This document shows, piece after piece, positions 40,923 to 54,179 of a DNA stretch of 64,000 bases. Where the stretch lies: assembly GCA_964016885.1 (NCBI GenBank), contig OZ024742.1, forward strand, positions 245,210,001 through 245,274,000. Direction: 5' to 3'. The position numbers were made by a program, and so were the translations under genes. The notes under the pieces were generated by a model that saw nothing but the letters and a program-made list of their open reading frames with translations, did no database searches and had not been told where the DNA came from. This stretch comes from Eledone cirrhosa (Eukaryota). Within the stretch, counting starts at the first letter, position 1, and the number at the start of each line of letters is the position of its first letter.

Positions 40923-41884
40923 CTACAGAGAGAAATGGAGTTTAGATATATACAGCAAAAAGTAAATAATGGTTTCTGATCTAGGCATAAGGCCAACAAT
41001 TTTGGAGGAGGATTAAGTTGATTAAATCGACACCAGTGTGTTACTGGTACTTTATTTTATCAACCCTGTAACAATGAAAGGTAAAGCTAACCCCAGGATT
41101 TGAACCCAGAACGTAAGGGGCCATAACTCTGTGTCACAAAGCATGGTGTCCAATGCTCCACAAATACTACCAATCCCCCAGCCTGGCAAAAAGTAAATAA
41201 TGACTTCTTTTTAACCAGTAATAATAGACAAGTTAGTAAACCATTGGAACTCACCAATGGCAATTATTTACATCTGATATTGAAGAACAATTTCAGCTCC
41301 ATTTAGTTCTCTCTCTCTCTTGTTTACTATATGTCCATCACATTCTATTTCTATATATTTACATGTTCTGGTTGGTGTTACAAATGGCTTTCAGCCAAAG
41401 GAACCATGCTTAAAAGGTTGAGAGGACCCTTCAGTTAGGACTCGATAACCTCTCTAGTGGTATCATGAAAAATGCACATAATACACTATATAAGGTGATT
41501 GGTGATAGGAAGGACATCCAGCTACAGAAATCATACCAAGAAAGGGTTGTGATGACTTTTCAGTTGTGTCAAAGGCACAATTACTCTAATATTGCTGACA
41601 CGACAAAATGCACCCAGTACATTCTGTAAAGTGGTTCAACCATAGAAAACTTGCCAAATGGTACTGAGGATTCTTCAGTTATATCAAAGACACAATAACC
41701 TCCATAGTGCTGATGCCCCAATAAAATGTACCCAGTACACAATGTTTATTTATGTGGGAATATATGTAAGCAAGAAGCGATCCCCTGGCTTGTAGCTTTC
41801 ATTATGTACTAAGTTCGGCTGCGACACGCCATCAGAACCCTTGTAGGGACCACAGACAATAAATGATCATGATATATATATATA

Positions 41885-42233
41885 GGTAAGGTAAGGTAAG
41901 GTAAAGAACCCCTTCAGTTATGAATGACCATGGGATTTGCACCTAGAAAGTTCCCTTCTGACGCACAAGTCCAGGCAAGGTTGTTTGTGGAAGACCAGCA
42001 ATCGCCTATGCATATCAGTCTCCCCTCCCCATGCCACCAATATTATCCAAGGGAAAGGCAATGGCTGATACAGCTTGGCACCAGTGACGTCACAACTTAT
42101 TTCTACAGCTGAGTGAACTAGAGCAATGTGAAATAAAGTGTCTTGCTCAAGAACACAATGCAAAATCCTGATCCGAGAATCGAACTCACAACCTCGATTG
42201 TAACCCCAACGCTCTAACCACTAAGCCATGCCT
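41885..42233 (-). mobile_element. tRNA-derived SINE with CORE-like domain and (CTTAC)n tail
   Basis: Minus strand tggcttagtgg A-box, gagttcgattc B-box, ttgtgttcttgagcaagacact. Confidence 0.75.
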
Positions 42234-43714
42234 TCACACATATATATATATCATTGTTTAACACGTTTCCACACCTTCATGGGTCAGATGGGTTGACACA
42301 TTGTGAGACAAGTCAGATCAGGTGACCAAGTCTTGCTCATATGGATCTGTATTTTGGCTTTGTTTTTACAACTGGTTGTCCTTCCTAACGCCAACCTCAT
42401 TACAGTGTAGACTAGGTGCTTTTTATTGTGGCACCAAAACGACTATCTATTAAGGTGGACTGAGTACTTTTTTGTCATGTCACCAGCACGACCACTATGC
42501 AGGGTGGACTGGGTACTTTTTGTTGTGTCACCAGTGCAACCATTTTACAAGGTGGACTGGGTGTTTTCTTTTATTAATATAATTAAAACGTTCATGGTAG
42601 TTTGTTCAGTTTCTGTTCAGGCCATTCCATGGCTTACCGATTTTGTCATTCTCTATTCAAAATGATATTGTGGTTTCTCAGTCGAAATATTTTTCAAGTA
42701 TACTTGTTAAGCCAATCAAAAAGCACACATGTGGTAGTTAATTAATGGAAGAATGATTGTAACCACTTGAGGATTAAAGTGAACACCACTGCAGGCATTG
42801 CCAGAGAGTTTCAACATAGATGAATAAGTTTGACAGCAAAATCAACAGAATCATCATCATCACCAGCAGCACTGTTTAATGTCTATTTTCTATACTTGCA
42901 TGGGTTAGCTGGGTTGTCATGTGACTGGTCAAGTGACTAAATCTTGCTCATACACTCCATTTTGGGGTTTGGTTACTGCGGCTGGATGCCCTTCCTAACA
43001 CCAACCACTCTACAGCAGATACTGGGAGCATTTTATCAAGACTCTAGCATGACTACCTTAATATTGTGTATATTAATTTAAAACACTGGAGCAGAGAGTA
43101 GCATACAATGTGACTGAAGCATGATATATCTGGAGTGATCGTCAGGTGGGTTGTTCTCAAGCCTTTCATTGGCTGGATCTGCTTGAGCAGAGCTGAACCA
43201 TGGCTATTAAACATCATCATCATCAGAAGGATGTAATTTTCTGGTTCTAAAGTCAGGTATTTCAGTTCCACAAATGTAAAGATATTGTTCCTCAATATTA
43301 TTTTTAAAAATAAATTTTAACGGAAAGAAGCCAATTATTAGATTAGACCAAGGAAACAATGTTTCCATTGGCCTTTTTATTGCTGATACAACTCTTGGCT
43401 GAAAGTATATATTATTTAAATGATCAGCAGGTTGGCAGAATCGTTAGAATGTTGTATCGAATGCTTTGTGGTCATTTATTTAGGTACTTTTATGCTCTGA
43501 TTTCAAATCCCACCTTTCCTCTCTCTGGACCAATAAAATCTAGATTTGTGTGGTCACTTGGTCTAAATTCTTTTCCATTCTAGTGTACTTGTTAAATTAA
43601 CAGAATCATCATCATCATCAATTGTTTTCTAGGGATCAATTTAATCAATTTTTCTTTTTTTTGCAAAACATCTTGCATTATACGTAAATTAGAAACCTTT
43701 AATAAAATACTTAC

Positions 43715-43851
43715 TTTCCAGATAGTGGATGCCAGTTGACCAAAGGGAATCGCTGCATCAATTTTTCTCGAAACTCAAGAAACTCTGAGAAATGTCGAAA
43801 GACTATTGAAGGCACCTTCACATTCCGTCTCATTATTCTAATAATGTATGT
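43715..43851 (-). CDS. PIK3C2A: Class II PI3K exon, PX domain
   Basis: TYIIRIMRRNVKVPSIVFRHFSEFLEFREKLMQRFPLVNWHPLSG; 137 nt. Confidence 0.93.
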
Positions 43852-44533
43852 CTGAAACAGAAAATAAATGAACAAATAAAAGGAAATGAATGGTTTAACC
43901 CTTTCTGATGAATTGGATATAATTAATATCTAACTAAATTATCAGTCTAGTACTGGAGTCGGTTCTTCCTCTATATCTCTTTCTCACTTCCTCTCTATCA
44001 ATCTCTCACTTTCTATCCTTCTCTGAAAAGAATCTGCAGTGTTCAGACCTGGAGAAGGATGGGGTCTGTCAGGCTTAAAATGCCCAAGAAATACTGTATG
44101 CCACTTCATCACCCCTATGACTCTATCAGGAGTTATGGGACCATACCATATATATCTAACTATAATACTTAAATATGGTCATTGCAAAAAAAACAAAACA
44201 ACCTTTACTATTGGCCACCACCACCATAGTGGTGGTAGTAGAAATAGTAGTAGTAGTAGTAGTAGTAGTAACCACAGCATCAGTAGTGGTAGTTGTAGTC
44301 AGCACAGCAGCAGTGGTAGTAGTAATAGCAGAAGCAGTAGTGACAGCAGCTATAGTCCATCAAATATTTTGTTGCTATAGTAGTAGTAGTAGTAGTAGAG
44401 GTGGTGGCAATACCACTGTGAGTGTATGTATGTATATATATATGAGCATGTGTCCATATGTATGTGTGTGTCTGAACAAATGAAAATCAACAAAGAAAAT
44501 ACATAAATATGGTCAATGCAAAATATTGATCTT

Positions 44534-44593
<60 letters not shown>

Positions 44594-44726
44594 TACTACT
44601 ACAGCTGCTTTTTTTGCTGCTGCTGCTACTGCTACTACTACTTCTACTACTACTACTACATCCTAGAATTTTCACAGGTACTATGTTAGTAAATATATAA
44701 AAATTAAAAACCTGGCTAATACTTAC

Positions 44727-44802
44727 ATAATGTTTCTCAGGAGTATATCGTTTCTGGAAGTTGATAACTTCAATATTTGTAATACGTCCATCTGTATGGA
44801 TG
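44727..44802 (-). CDS. PIK3C2A: Class II PI3K exon, PX domain start
   Basis: IHTDGRITNIEVINFQKRYTPEKHY; 76 nt. Confidence 0.93.
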
Positions 44803-45039
44803 CTAAATAAAGCAGAAAGCAAATTCAAAATTTCCATATTACATAAATTACCTTTTTTTATAATTTTGAGTTGTAATACATTTTTAATTGGCATATTTTC
44901 TAATAAGCTGTGAATTGGTAGAGTTGTTAAAATCATCATCATCATCATCATCATCATGTAATCCATTTTCCGTCTTCTTAATGCCAACCAATTTACATGT
45001 AGTGGAAAAATGTTATCATGTCTCCAGTACAACCACTTT

Positions 45040-45520
45040 ACAGGGTGGACTGGCTGATTTTTGTCATGGCACCAGCACTAACTCATTACAAGGTGGAGTG
45101 GATGTTTTTTGTCATGGCACCAGCACTTCTACCTTACAGGGTGGACTGGCTGTTTTTTGTCATGGCACCAGCACTAATGCCTTTTGCCATGGCACCAGCA
45201 TTACCACCTTATAGGGTGGACTGGTGCTTTTTGTCATGGTACCAGCACTAATGTCTTTTGCCATGGCACCAGCATTACCACCTTACAGGGTGGACTGGCT
45301 GCTTTTTGTCATGGCACCAGCACTAATGCCTTTTGCCATGGCACCAGCATTACCACCTTATAGGGTGGACTGGCTGCTTTTTGTCATGGCACCAGCACTA
45401 ATGCCTTTTGCCATGGCACCAGCATTACCACCTTACAGGGTGGACAGGCTGCTTTTTGTCATGGCACCAGCACTAATGCCTTTTGCCATGGCACCAGCAT
45501 TACCACCTTATAGGGTGATC
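45040..45520. repeat. Minisatellite, 75-bp unit (48+27) derived from the RTE-3'UTR-like repeat
   Basis: catggcaccagcactaatgccttttgccatggcaccagcattaccaccttayagggtggactggctgctttttgt repeated about 5 times. Confidence 0.9.
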
Positions 45521-45941
45521 TAGATTATTTTTGTTGTAGCGGTACCAATACTACCACTTCATAGAGTGTACTGGGTATATTTTGTCATAACACCAACACT
45601 ACCACCTTACAGGATGGACTAAATGCTTTTTGTCATGACCCAAGCACTACCACTTTAAAAGGTAAACTGGTGCTTTTCTTTATGACATTAGCATGGCCAC
45701 TTTACAAAGTAGGTTGTGCACATTTTATTGTAGCACCAGCAGTACCTCATTACAGCACTAGGGCACTTGTGTTCTTGGCCAGGTTGGGAAAGGGGATGGG
45801 GTAGCCACATGCTGCTTGCCAGGTGAGGTGGGATGCTTAGCAGTGTTATTTCCAACTCTCTACACTCTGAATTGAAATTCTGCCAAAACAAATACATTAG
45901 TGATGCTAAGTAAACATACAAAATAAATAAGTGAAACTAAC

Positions 45942-46174
45942 CTATAGGTTTTGGGAACAAATGACAACAGGGCCCCTTCATTGTGGCTGGAGAATTTCAG
46001 CTGAGCAAGGTTATGCATGAAGAAATTAAACTGTGTGAAAACTGAGCGGGAACTGTCTTCAATCATACGTGTAAAGATAGCAGCAGCTTCAGCATCAGAT
46101 TTTCCCGGAAGTAGAACTTGTTGAATATAAGTGACAGCATTCTCAGACACACCAGGAATACCAGATCGTGACAT
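45942..46174 (-). CDS. PIK3C2A: Class II PI3K exon, end of kinase domain
   Basis: MSRSGIPG...FTRMIEDSSRSVFTQFNFFMHNLAQLKFS...LLSFVPKTY; 233 nt. Confidence 0.96.
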
Positions 46175-46516
46175 CTGTAAGACAAAGAAGAGCACATTGC
46201 ACACACATACATATATACATACATTACAAATATACATTTTGTTAGCACTCTGAGTATGGTTGGCTTGTGTATGCGTTTAAACTATTTCTTGTTGAGTGAG
46301 TAATACGAGAGCAGCTACACTATTGAAAATATTTTTCCTATTGTCTCGGTAATTATAATATATATATATATAGGCATTATGAAGGGCATTCAGCCATAGA
46401 AAATCAGCCAGAAACACACCTATATGAGCAAACCACGGTCACCCGACACAACTTGACTCTAAATAGGACCCGTCTAACCCATGCTAGCGTGGAAGATGGA
46501 CATTAATCGATGATGA

Positions 46517-46571
<55 letters not shown>

Positions 46572-47957
46572 GGCCCCCTTCAATCACAAAAGTTCCCCTC
46601 CAAGGCATATATTAGGATTACCAGATATATGAACAATTATACAAACAGGGAAATTTGTATTTTTATAAATTAATAATTTGCATTAGGAAAATCCTATAGT
46701 TTATGTTGATTACTGACACATGGAAGTAATTAAAGATGAGAATGATATTTTAATAATTTATTTCTAGGATATAATTACATAAATATTCAGCATGTATGTA
46801 CAAATGATATACAGGATTAAATGTATGAGTAAACGTGGAGAAATAACTATTTACAGGGAGACATGTAGAGTTAGAACCTTGTGATTGGGTAGTGAACTTC
46901 TTATAGTAGCAACATGACTGAGATAGGAAATGCATTGTGTAAATATGTGTGTAAATTTGAAATAGTTACACAGATATATAAATATATATATATTGGCCAC
47001 ACTGTAAATGTGGTTGGCATAAGGAAAGGCATCCAGCTGTAGAAACCAAGCCAGAAACAGATCTGTATGAACAAAACGCTGTCATCTGATCTGACTTATC
47101 TCACAACGAAACAACTCGTCTAACCCATGCTAGTGTGGAAACATGGATGCTTAATGGTGATGATTACATATATGTACACACTTATACACATAGTGTATTA
47201 TTATGGTTGATTCCTAAATCCAAACTTGCTTGGAATCGTCTTTGATTTTTAATCTTTCAGAGTGATTAAAGAAAATATGTGAACCAATGAAGGAGCTAGA
47301 TGTGGCTGCTAGAAATAACAGCCACATCCCATTCAAACTACACACTATTTTGTCTTTCACCCTCACTGGGTCAATAAAATAAAGTATCAGTAATGCACTG
47401 GCGTCGATTTAATCGACTTTCCCCTCCCCCAAGATTGTTAATCTTGTGCCTAAATCAGAAACCACTATTTAAAAAAATAGAAATGATACATTAGATAATG
47501 TTGTAGTTACTGCTAAAATGTTAGTAAGGTCATGGTTATATATATATAAAATCATTTTACATCAGTTTTTCTTGCTGGCATGTGTTGGGTGGGTCAATTT
47601 CAGTTGTAGCCTCCATTTTGGGCACGGTTTCTATGACTTAGCATCAACAACTTAACAGAGCACTGGCTGTATGTTATCATGGCACCAGCACTAGAGAAGT
47701 TGTCATGTCCTCAACTAGACTAAATAGGGTCCACCCAATCCTATGCAGTCTGGTTGATCACCAACTTCTTTACAGAATGCATTGTGTGTATTTTATCATG
47801 GCACAAACACTAGAGAAGTTGCTTTGTCCCCAGCAAGTCCTCTCCAATCTTCATCATCATCATTTAATGTCCATTTTGCTATGCCAGCATGGCTTAGACA
47901 CATCAGTAAAAACGAAATCAGTACTTAATAAGTGTTACAGTCCTCCCAGACAAGTGG

Positions 47958-47990
<33 letters not shown>

Positions 47991-48090
47991 CACACTTCAC
48001 ACACGTTTCAGGATTGGCATGATTTCCACAGTTAGATACCCTTCCTAATATGAGCTTCTTTAAAGATCATTAGCTGTTAACAATACTTAC

Positions 48091-48247
48091 CAAAGAAAAG
48101 AAATTGAGAAAAAGATTCCTGTTTTTACGAAGAATATTGAAGGCTGTGCAACAAAGATCCACAAAGCGTTGAAAACGACCACAGTTTTTGTCTCCACCAT
48201 TAATAACATACATCATATCAGAAGTTAAAACAAATGGCACTCGGTCC
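48091..48247 (-). CDS. PIK3C2A: Class II PI3K exon, kinase C-lobe
   Basis: [21 protein letters not shown]...[19 protein letters not shown]; 157 nt. Confidence 0.97.
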
Positions 48248-48643
48248 CTGCAAAGAGAACATATAAATTATAAAGATTCTAAACTATTTAAAGAAAAATA
48301 AGTGATTATAATATTTTTTAGAACATGGACACGAGAGGAGAAGAGTCAACCCAAGATTATGTGGCACCAAACATTCAAAGAGGACCTTAGACACATAGGA
48401 ATTAGTTAGATGGGTTCTGTGAGGTTTAAAAATACCCTAGTTACGGGACCATGCATGTATGCAAACCCTTTAAAACAAACAGTTATATTTATATCACAGA
48501 ACCAAAGAAAGGTTTTAGATAAATATGAATTTTTTTAAACAAATAGTTTACTATTGTAGGAGCATGGGCAGTTTCAGATAATTTGTTGGTATCAAAGGGG
48601 TTAAGAAATTCTCAAAAAAAAAAAAATCATTGCAGTTTCATTA

Positions 48644-48835
<192 letters not shown>

Positions 48836-49271
48836 TCATTTATTCTTTTACTAAATTCAGTTATTAGACTGCAGCAATGCTAGGACACTGGCTTGACTTA
48901 GTCAATTATATCAACTATCAATGACACAAGAACCTAGTTTTTTCAAGTCTGGACTTATTTTATCAATCTCTTTTTTTTCCTCCTCAAACCACTAAGGTAC
49001 AGGATATAAAAAAAAAACAGATGTAAGCATACACAGAGACACATACATATCCAAATATTCGAGGTCCCTTTTCTTTTTTTGTCTTTACTCAGACCTTTTT
49101 TCTGTTTCTCCTTTGTGATCCTGTCTCTATTTTGTACTCCTGAAGAAGGGCTTAAGCTCGACACGTCGAAATTTCTTTCCTCTTTCCAATATAAAATGGG
49201 AAACTAATAAGACTTTTTGTACCTTTGTTTGTACCTTGAACCATACACTCACACACATATATAGATATCTT

Positions 49272-49307
49272 TCTTCTGATGAAGGACTAGCGTCCGAAAC
49301 GTTAAGA
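49272..49307 (+). ncRNA. Minimal type I hammerhead ribozyme (degenerate neighbour at ~49138-49170)
   Basis: tctt-CTGATGA-a-ggac tagc gtcc-GAAA-cg-TT-aaga. Confidence 0.8.
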
Positions 49308-50206
49308 CCGCCTTCCTGCTATTTCAAACGTTAAACTAATATATTCCTTTTATATACTGTACCAATTGTGTTGCTATTTCTGTTTACCTTTTACATATAT
49401 ATATATATATATATACAGACACACTCACACATATATGTATATAGACACACACCACACTTTATAAATATATATAACAATTATTACCAATATATCAAATACT
49501 ATTTGAAAACAATTTTAATCAGTGCATATTTACAATCTTGCCATATCAAATATGTATTTTTAAACTCAGTAAACATTTCTGAAAGTGTGTCCTCATATGT
49601 AATACAACCCCAGATTTTTGGCATCCATTTTAGTTCAAAATTTCTCATTATCATCTACAGTACTTTCGGAACATCCACCTCCACTGCTAATTTGGTTGCC
49701 CAGGTAATGGAAACTATCAACTACTTCAACCAAGCCCTCTAGGAGCTAGTCTCCTGCTACTTACTGCACCTGTGCGATGACCACATATAAAACCTGCATT
49801 CTTTGCTAGCCTACCTGAAATCCCACTACACCTCATGTACCAGTATTACATATCTTGGGTACTTATACATGAGAAAATATGGAAGTCAATACATACTTAG
49901 CTACACAATAACTAACACAAGATCACAAGATGTTGTCCTACGATGGCAAATAGAAAAAGGAAAACCAGGAGATTTATTTGAATTCTTGTCAGATGATTCA
50001 TCAGTATATGACTTATGCCAAGCTGTTGAATGTGTTTGTGCGTGTATACATGCATATGCACATATATACACAAACGATAGTAGTTTATACAGATGGCAGT
50101 GCATACCAAGAGAACAGAAGAGGCAAACACACATTTACATACACACATTTATATACACACATTGGTTTGTAAACACAAAAAAAAAAATGTTGATTAAACA
50201 ACATAC

Positions 50207-50343
50207 TTTGTCATATTCCAGCTGAGTTGGGTTATTTTTTTGCAACCATTCTTGGAGAGGTCGTTCTTTGAAAGAACCAGTCAGTCCATAGGAAACTTGG
50301 ATTTTCCGAAGTGTTTCAGATTCTGTGACAATTTCAACCATTC
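50207..50343 (-). CDS. PIK3C2A: Class II PI3K exon, kinase hinge
   Basis: [46 protein letters not shown]; 137 nt. Confidence 0.97.
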
Positions 50344-50434
50344 CTGTGAATTGAAGAAAGAAACAAAATTTTGATTCATATAAACATGAGATCAGTGATT
50401 GATTCCTGTTTGTGTAGTTCTAGATCTCATTAAG

Positions 50435-51108
50435 TGTAGCAAGTTTACACTTTTGTGTCATATACTATATGTGGCAAACACTTATTTAACGAAGAGTATA
50501 AATAATAATTAGAAGGTTATATGTGGTTATTAGAAATGATTATAACAAGAATAATAGTTGAAATAACAAGTATAATAAGAATATGTGTAATAACGAGAAT
50601 ATAAAGAATAAATGATTTGGTTTATTAAAAAGTACATATAAAACAGTTACCAAGAGTAGTTAATTTTGTTATTGTTGTAGATGTGAAAACAGCGAGCGAA
50701 CAGATAATGTTGTTGTTGTTATTTGGAGTCCGTGGTAGTAATTCTGAGACCGTAGTGAGTAAGAGAGAGTAATGGTTTGTATACCTCTGAATGGTCTGTA
50801 ATTGGTTGTAGACCACTGTGGCTTGTACATGGTCTGTAGTAGTAGGGCTCCAATCTCTCTGTGTGTATCTGTAGACCACTGGGGTCTGTTGATAGCAGTG
50901 AATCCTTACATAGTTAGTTGCTAGCTTAATGCTCCGATGTTTCTGGCTAAAGTAGGATGGTGCAGGCTCTATATATAGCTGTCACTTCCTGTCTCCCACC
51001 TTGAGGGGATAGTCAACACATCAACCTGTTCACACCAAAAGGGTGTTGACCTAGAATTTGACCTTTAGGTGTCACCCAAGGTTCAAGGCGTGGACAGATC
51101 TCGCTACA
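50435..51108 (-). mobile_element. Putative solo LTR or TIR element
   Basis: Inverted termini (taag)tgtagc...gctaca(ctta); minus-strand TATA ~50970 and AATAAA ~50620; no clear TSD. Confidence 0.4.
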
Positions 51109-51128
51109 CTTACATGGGAAATAATGGT

Positions 51129-51314
51129 TAACCTGTTAGCATTTACATCACTCTACATATATTACTATATTTCCATGGTAAAGAAATTTTGATGTTATTT
51201 ATTTTGAGAACAATACCTCAACATCAGTATGAGTGGCAAGTTACAGCCTGTTTGAACAGAAAGAGGTGAGAGAATTCTGGCTGGCTATGGTGGGTTTAAA
51301 TTCTAAAGGGTTAA
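51129..51314. mobile_element. Short TTAA-flanked MITE (related copy ~35482-35695)
   Basis: ttaa-cctgttagcattta ... taaattctaaaaggg-ttaa; the interior is shared between the two loci. Confidence 0.55.
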
Positions 51315-52982
51315 AACACTCAATAAATGTTAAAAAAATAGCCATTAAAAATGCTTCTCAGACTCAAAGAATATGAAACACTGGGTCCTTTAACTTTCTA
51401 AGTTTAAATCCTGCGAAGGTCAGTTTTGCCTTTCATCCATCCATATAACTAGTCTTCTTTTATTATAAATTCATCTTCACTTAGGAAGCTTTATAAGAAT
51501 ATTAATCCTTTTGGTTCCAACTCACCTAAAACCACCATATTTTTATGATATACAACTGTTTATTTTAAAAGTTCATTCTTTTTTATCAGAATCAACATGA
51601 TTTCAGACCTTATTTGCTTACTGAGTTGGGTGGTACTTGTCAGATCAGACCAAGGAAACAATGTTCCCATTGGTCTTTCCAAACTTATATTAAAATCTTC
51701 CATCATAATTTTATTTAAGTAATGTTTTAAATATCAGCTTTTTAATGAAAAGGTTAGCTACCTCACTAAAATTTTCAAATTTCCATTGACTCAGAAGCTG
51801 CCTTGTTTTCGCAGTTTTCTATTTTGCTTTAAAATGAAAGCAAGATAGAAAGATAATGAATAAATGAATTAACCCTTTCATTATCATATTTCTAATAAAA
51901 TATTTTCAAATCATTTTGAAAATAATCAAGAATTTGAAGGGATTTAGTAATATAACTAAAAATATCTTTCTCATTATTAAGTTGCTGTTTGAAACATAAC
52001 TTAACAAAGGTATTTACATGAAATTATGATGGAAGGATTTTATATAGAGTACGGCCACTACTTTATATCCATGTAGGAGAACCCCCTACCGATGCGCTGA
52101 ACGAGTGTGGCTTTTTAGTCCAGCCAGCGACTTGAAAACTTTGGTACAAACACTACACTTGTGACAATTATTGACATATAGTGCTGGGCCCTTGGTACCA
52201 TGTGACGACAAGTGTAGAGAGATCTCCAGATATAAAGCAATACCTGTGCCGTGAAGCTTTTATAGTGAGCAAAGGCACTGCACAAAGCCAGTCCCACTTT
52301 CTTAACCAAGATGATATTTACCAAAAAGAAGAACAAGTCAATATCATTGAATACCATCAGGGTTGCAGGTGTTATATCAGAGTTTTCCTTCTCCTAGAAT
52401 TCTGCCTTGACAAAGGCTAAGGGGTCATCTCTCCTGGTGATTTTGGATGGCCATTGACTCTTAAGAGTTCCTTTGCCCTTTGACAGGTTTTGTTTCTAGT
52501 CCTGCAGGATGTCCAAAGTCACCCTCCTCACCAAGAAACCTTGGTGGGGTTACCAGTTTAGTCGCCAACGACCCGACCATGAGATAGGTTGTACTGGAAT
52601 ACATGTTACCAGTAGCACCAACTGGTGTATATAGATATACACACTTTAAAGGTGGCTAAAAGCTTTGGATAAAAAAATACCTTGGTACTTGTTCTGGCTC
52701 ACAACACTCTGATAAATAAAATATAATTTCCGTACTGGGTGTCAACTTTCTTTCTTTCTTTCTCTCTCGAAGAGACCAGCTATGATCCGACCTGGTGAGG
52801 GATGTGCTCCACAGAGTTAAAAAAAAATCCCCAATGACACCACCAGAAGTTAACAACTCTTTATCTGCTTTTTTTTTTTTAAATCAACCCTAAAACAGTT
52901 TTTGTATCATCGAATGAAGGCAGGGGGTCAATTGATTTGGTATCAAAAAGGGTTAAAGAGAAATGAGGAAAACTGATCTTAC

Positions 52983-53112
52983 CTTTCTTTGGTCCAGTAC
53001 TGAGGCAAGCAAAGGTTATTATCTTTAAATCAAGGTTTTCCTGCTGCCATAGTTTGTCCATGATTCGAATCATCTGAAGGGTCAGCATATCTTGGCGGAG
53101 ATCATCACCAAC
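52983..53112 (-). CDS. PIK3C2A: Class II PI3K exon, kinase (GDDLRQD)
   Basis: [43 protein letters not shown]; 130 nt. Confidence 0.97.
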
Positions 53113-54086
53113 CTAGCAATTAACAACAGGATTAGTAACTTTTAGTGTTTCATACACTCTGCTCTAAGTATGTTCAAACTAAAATAATAATCATAATAAT
53201 TTTTTGTTTTTATGCGATCGACAAGATTCCGACTGGGGTGGAACTTTGTCGAATCAGACCAGTGAAACAATGTTTCCATTGGTATTTCCATTGCTGATAC
53301 TATCTACCAGTCACAACTCCTGGCAGAAAGAGCAATGTGAAATAAAGTGTCTTGCTCAAAGACATAATGCATCACCCAGTCCAGGAATTATATTCACAAC
53401 CTTATGATTGCAAATCCAATTCTCTAACCACTATAATAATATGTCATGTGCATTTGTATATTTATATATATATCTTGCTGTTTTACAATAGGTACACCAT
53501 ATCCCTGTATGTCATGAAATACAACTAAAAGAGTTGGCATCATGAAGGGTTGTATAACTTTGTCTGAAAATATCCCATCCAACCCATGCTAGCATAAAAA
53601 AGTGGATGCAAAAATAATTGTTTCTACTTTTGGCACAAGGCCAGCAATTACCCCAGTGCATTACTGGTGCTTTATTTTATCAACCCCGTAAGGATGAAAG
53701 GCAAAGCTAACCTCGGTGGGATTTGAACTCAGACCATAAATGGCTGTAACTCTATGCTACAAAGCATGGCGTCTGACACTCTACTGATACTGTCATAAAA
53801 ATAATGATGATGATGATCTCTGTTTGTAACACTAAAATTTATACACACACAAAACATACACACACATGTTCACACAATGCATTTCCTATCTCAGTCATAT
53901 TGCTACAAAAACAAGTTTATTTTACAATAAGAAGGTCTTTATCTTTTGTCATTTCCGCATACCAGCAATCAATACAAACTGTAGAGTTTGCATGATTGTT
54001 TCATATACCAATCCTGGATTTCCAAAATTAAATGTATTCAATGCTATTTCTGTCCTTATTGACACTAATATAAAATAAATATTTAC

Positions 54087-54179
54087 CTTGAACATAATAT
54101 AGACAGGTTCAGCTTCAGGGTTGCAGTTCTTGAAAACCAGTTTCAAGGGGAAAGCATTTGATGTGTAATAGGAAGAAGA
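54087..54179 (-). CDS. PIK3C2A: Class II PI3K exon, kinase P-loop region
   Basis: SSSYYTSNAFPLKLVFKNCNPEAEPVYIMFK; 93 nt. Confidence 0.95.

Noticed and set aside
43900-43950. CTGATGA followed by an 8-bp hairpin (also CTGATGA at ~12953)
   Set aside because: GAAA is absent and there is no convincing stem I, so it was not called a hammerhead.
45018-45523. Repetitive ORFs, or a CRISPR-like regular repeat array
   Set aside because: Head-to-tail minisatellite with no unique spacers, in a eukaryotic intron.
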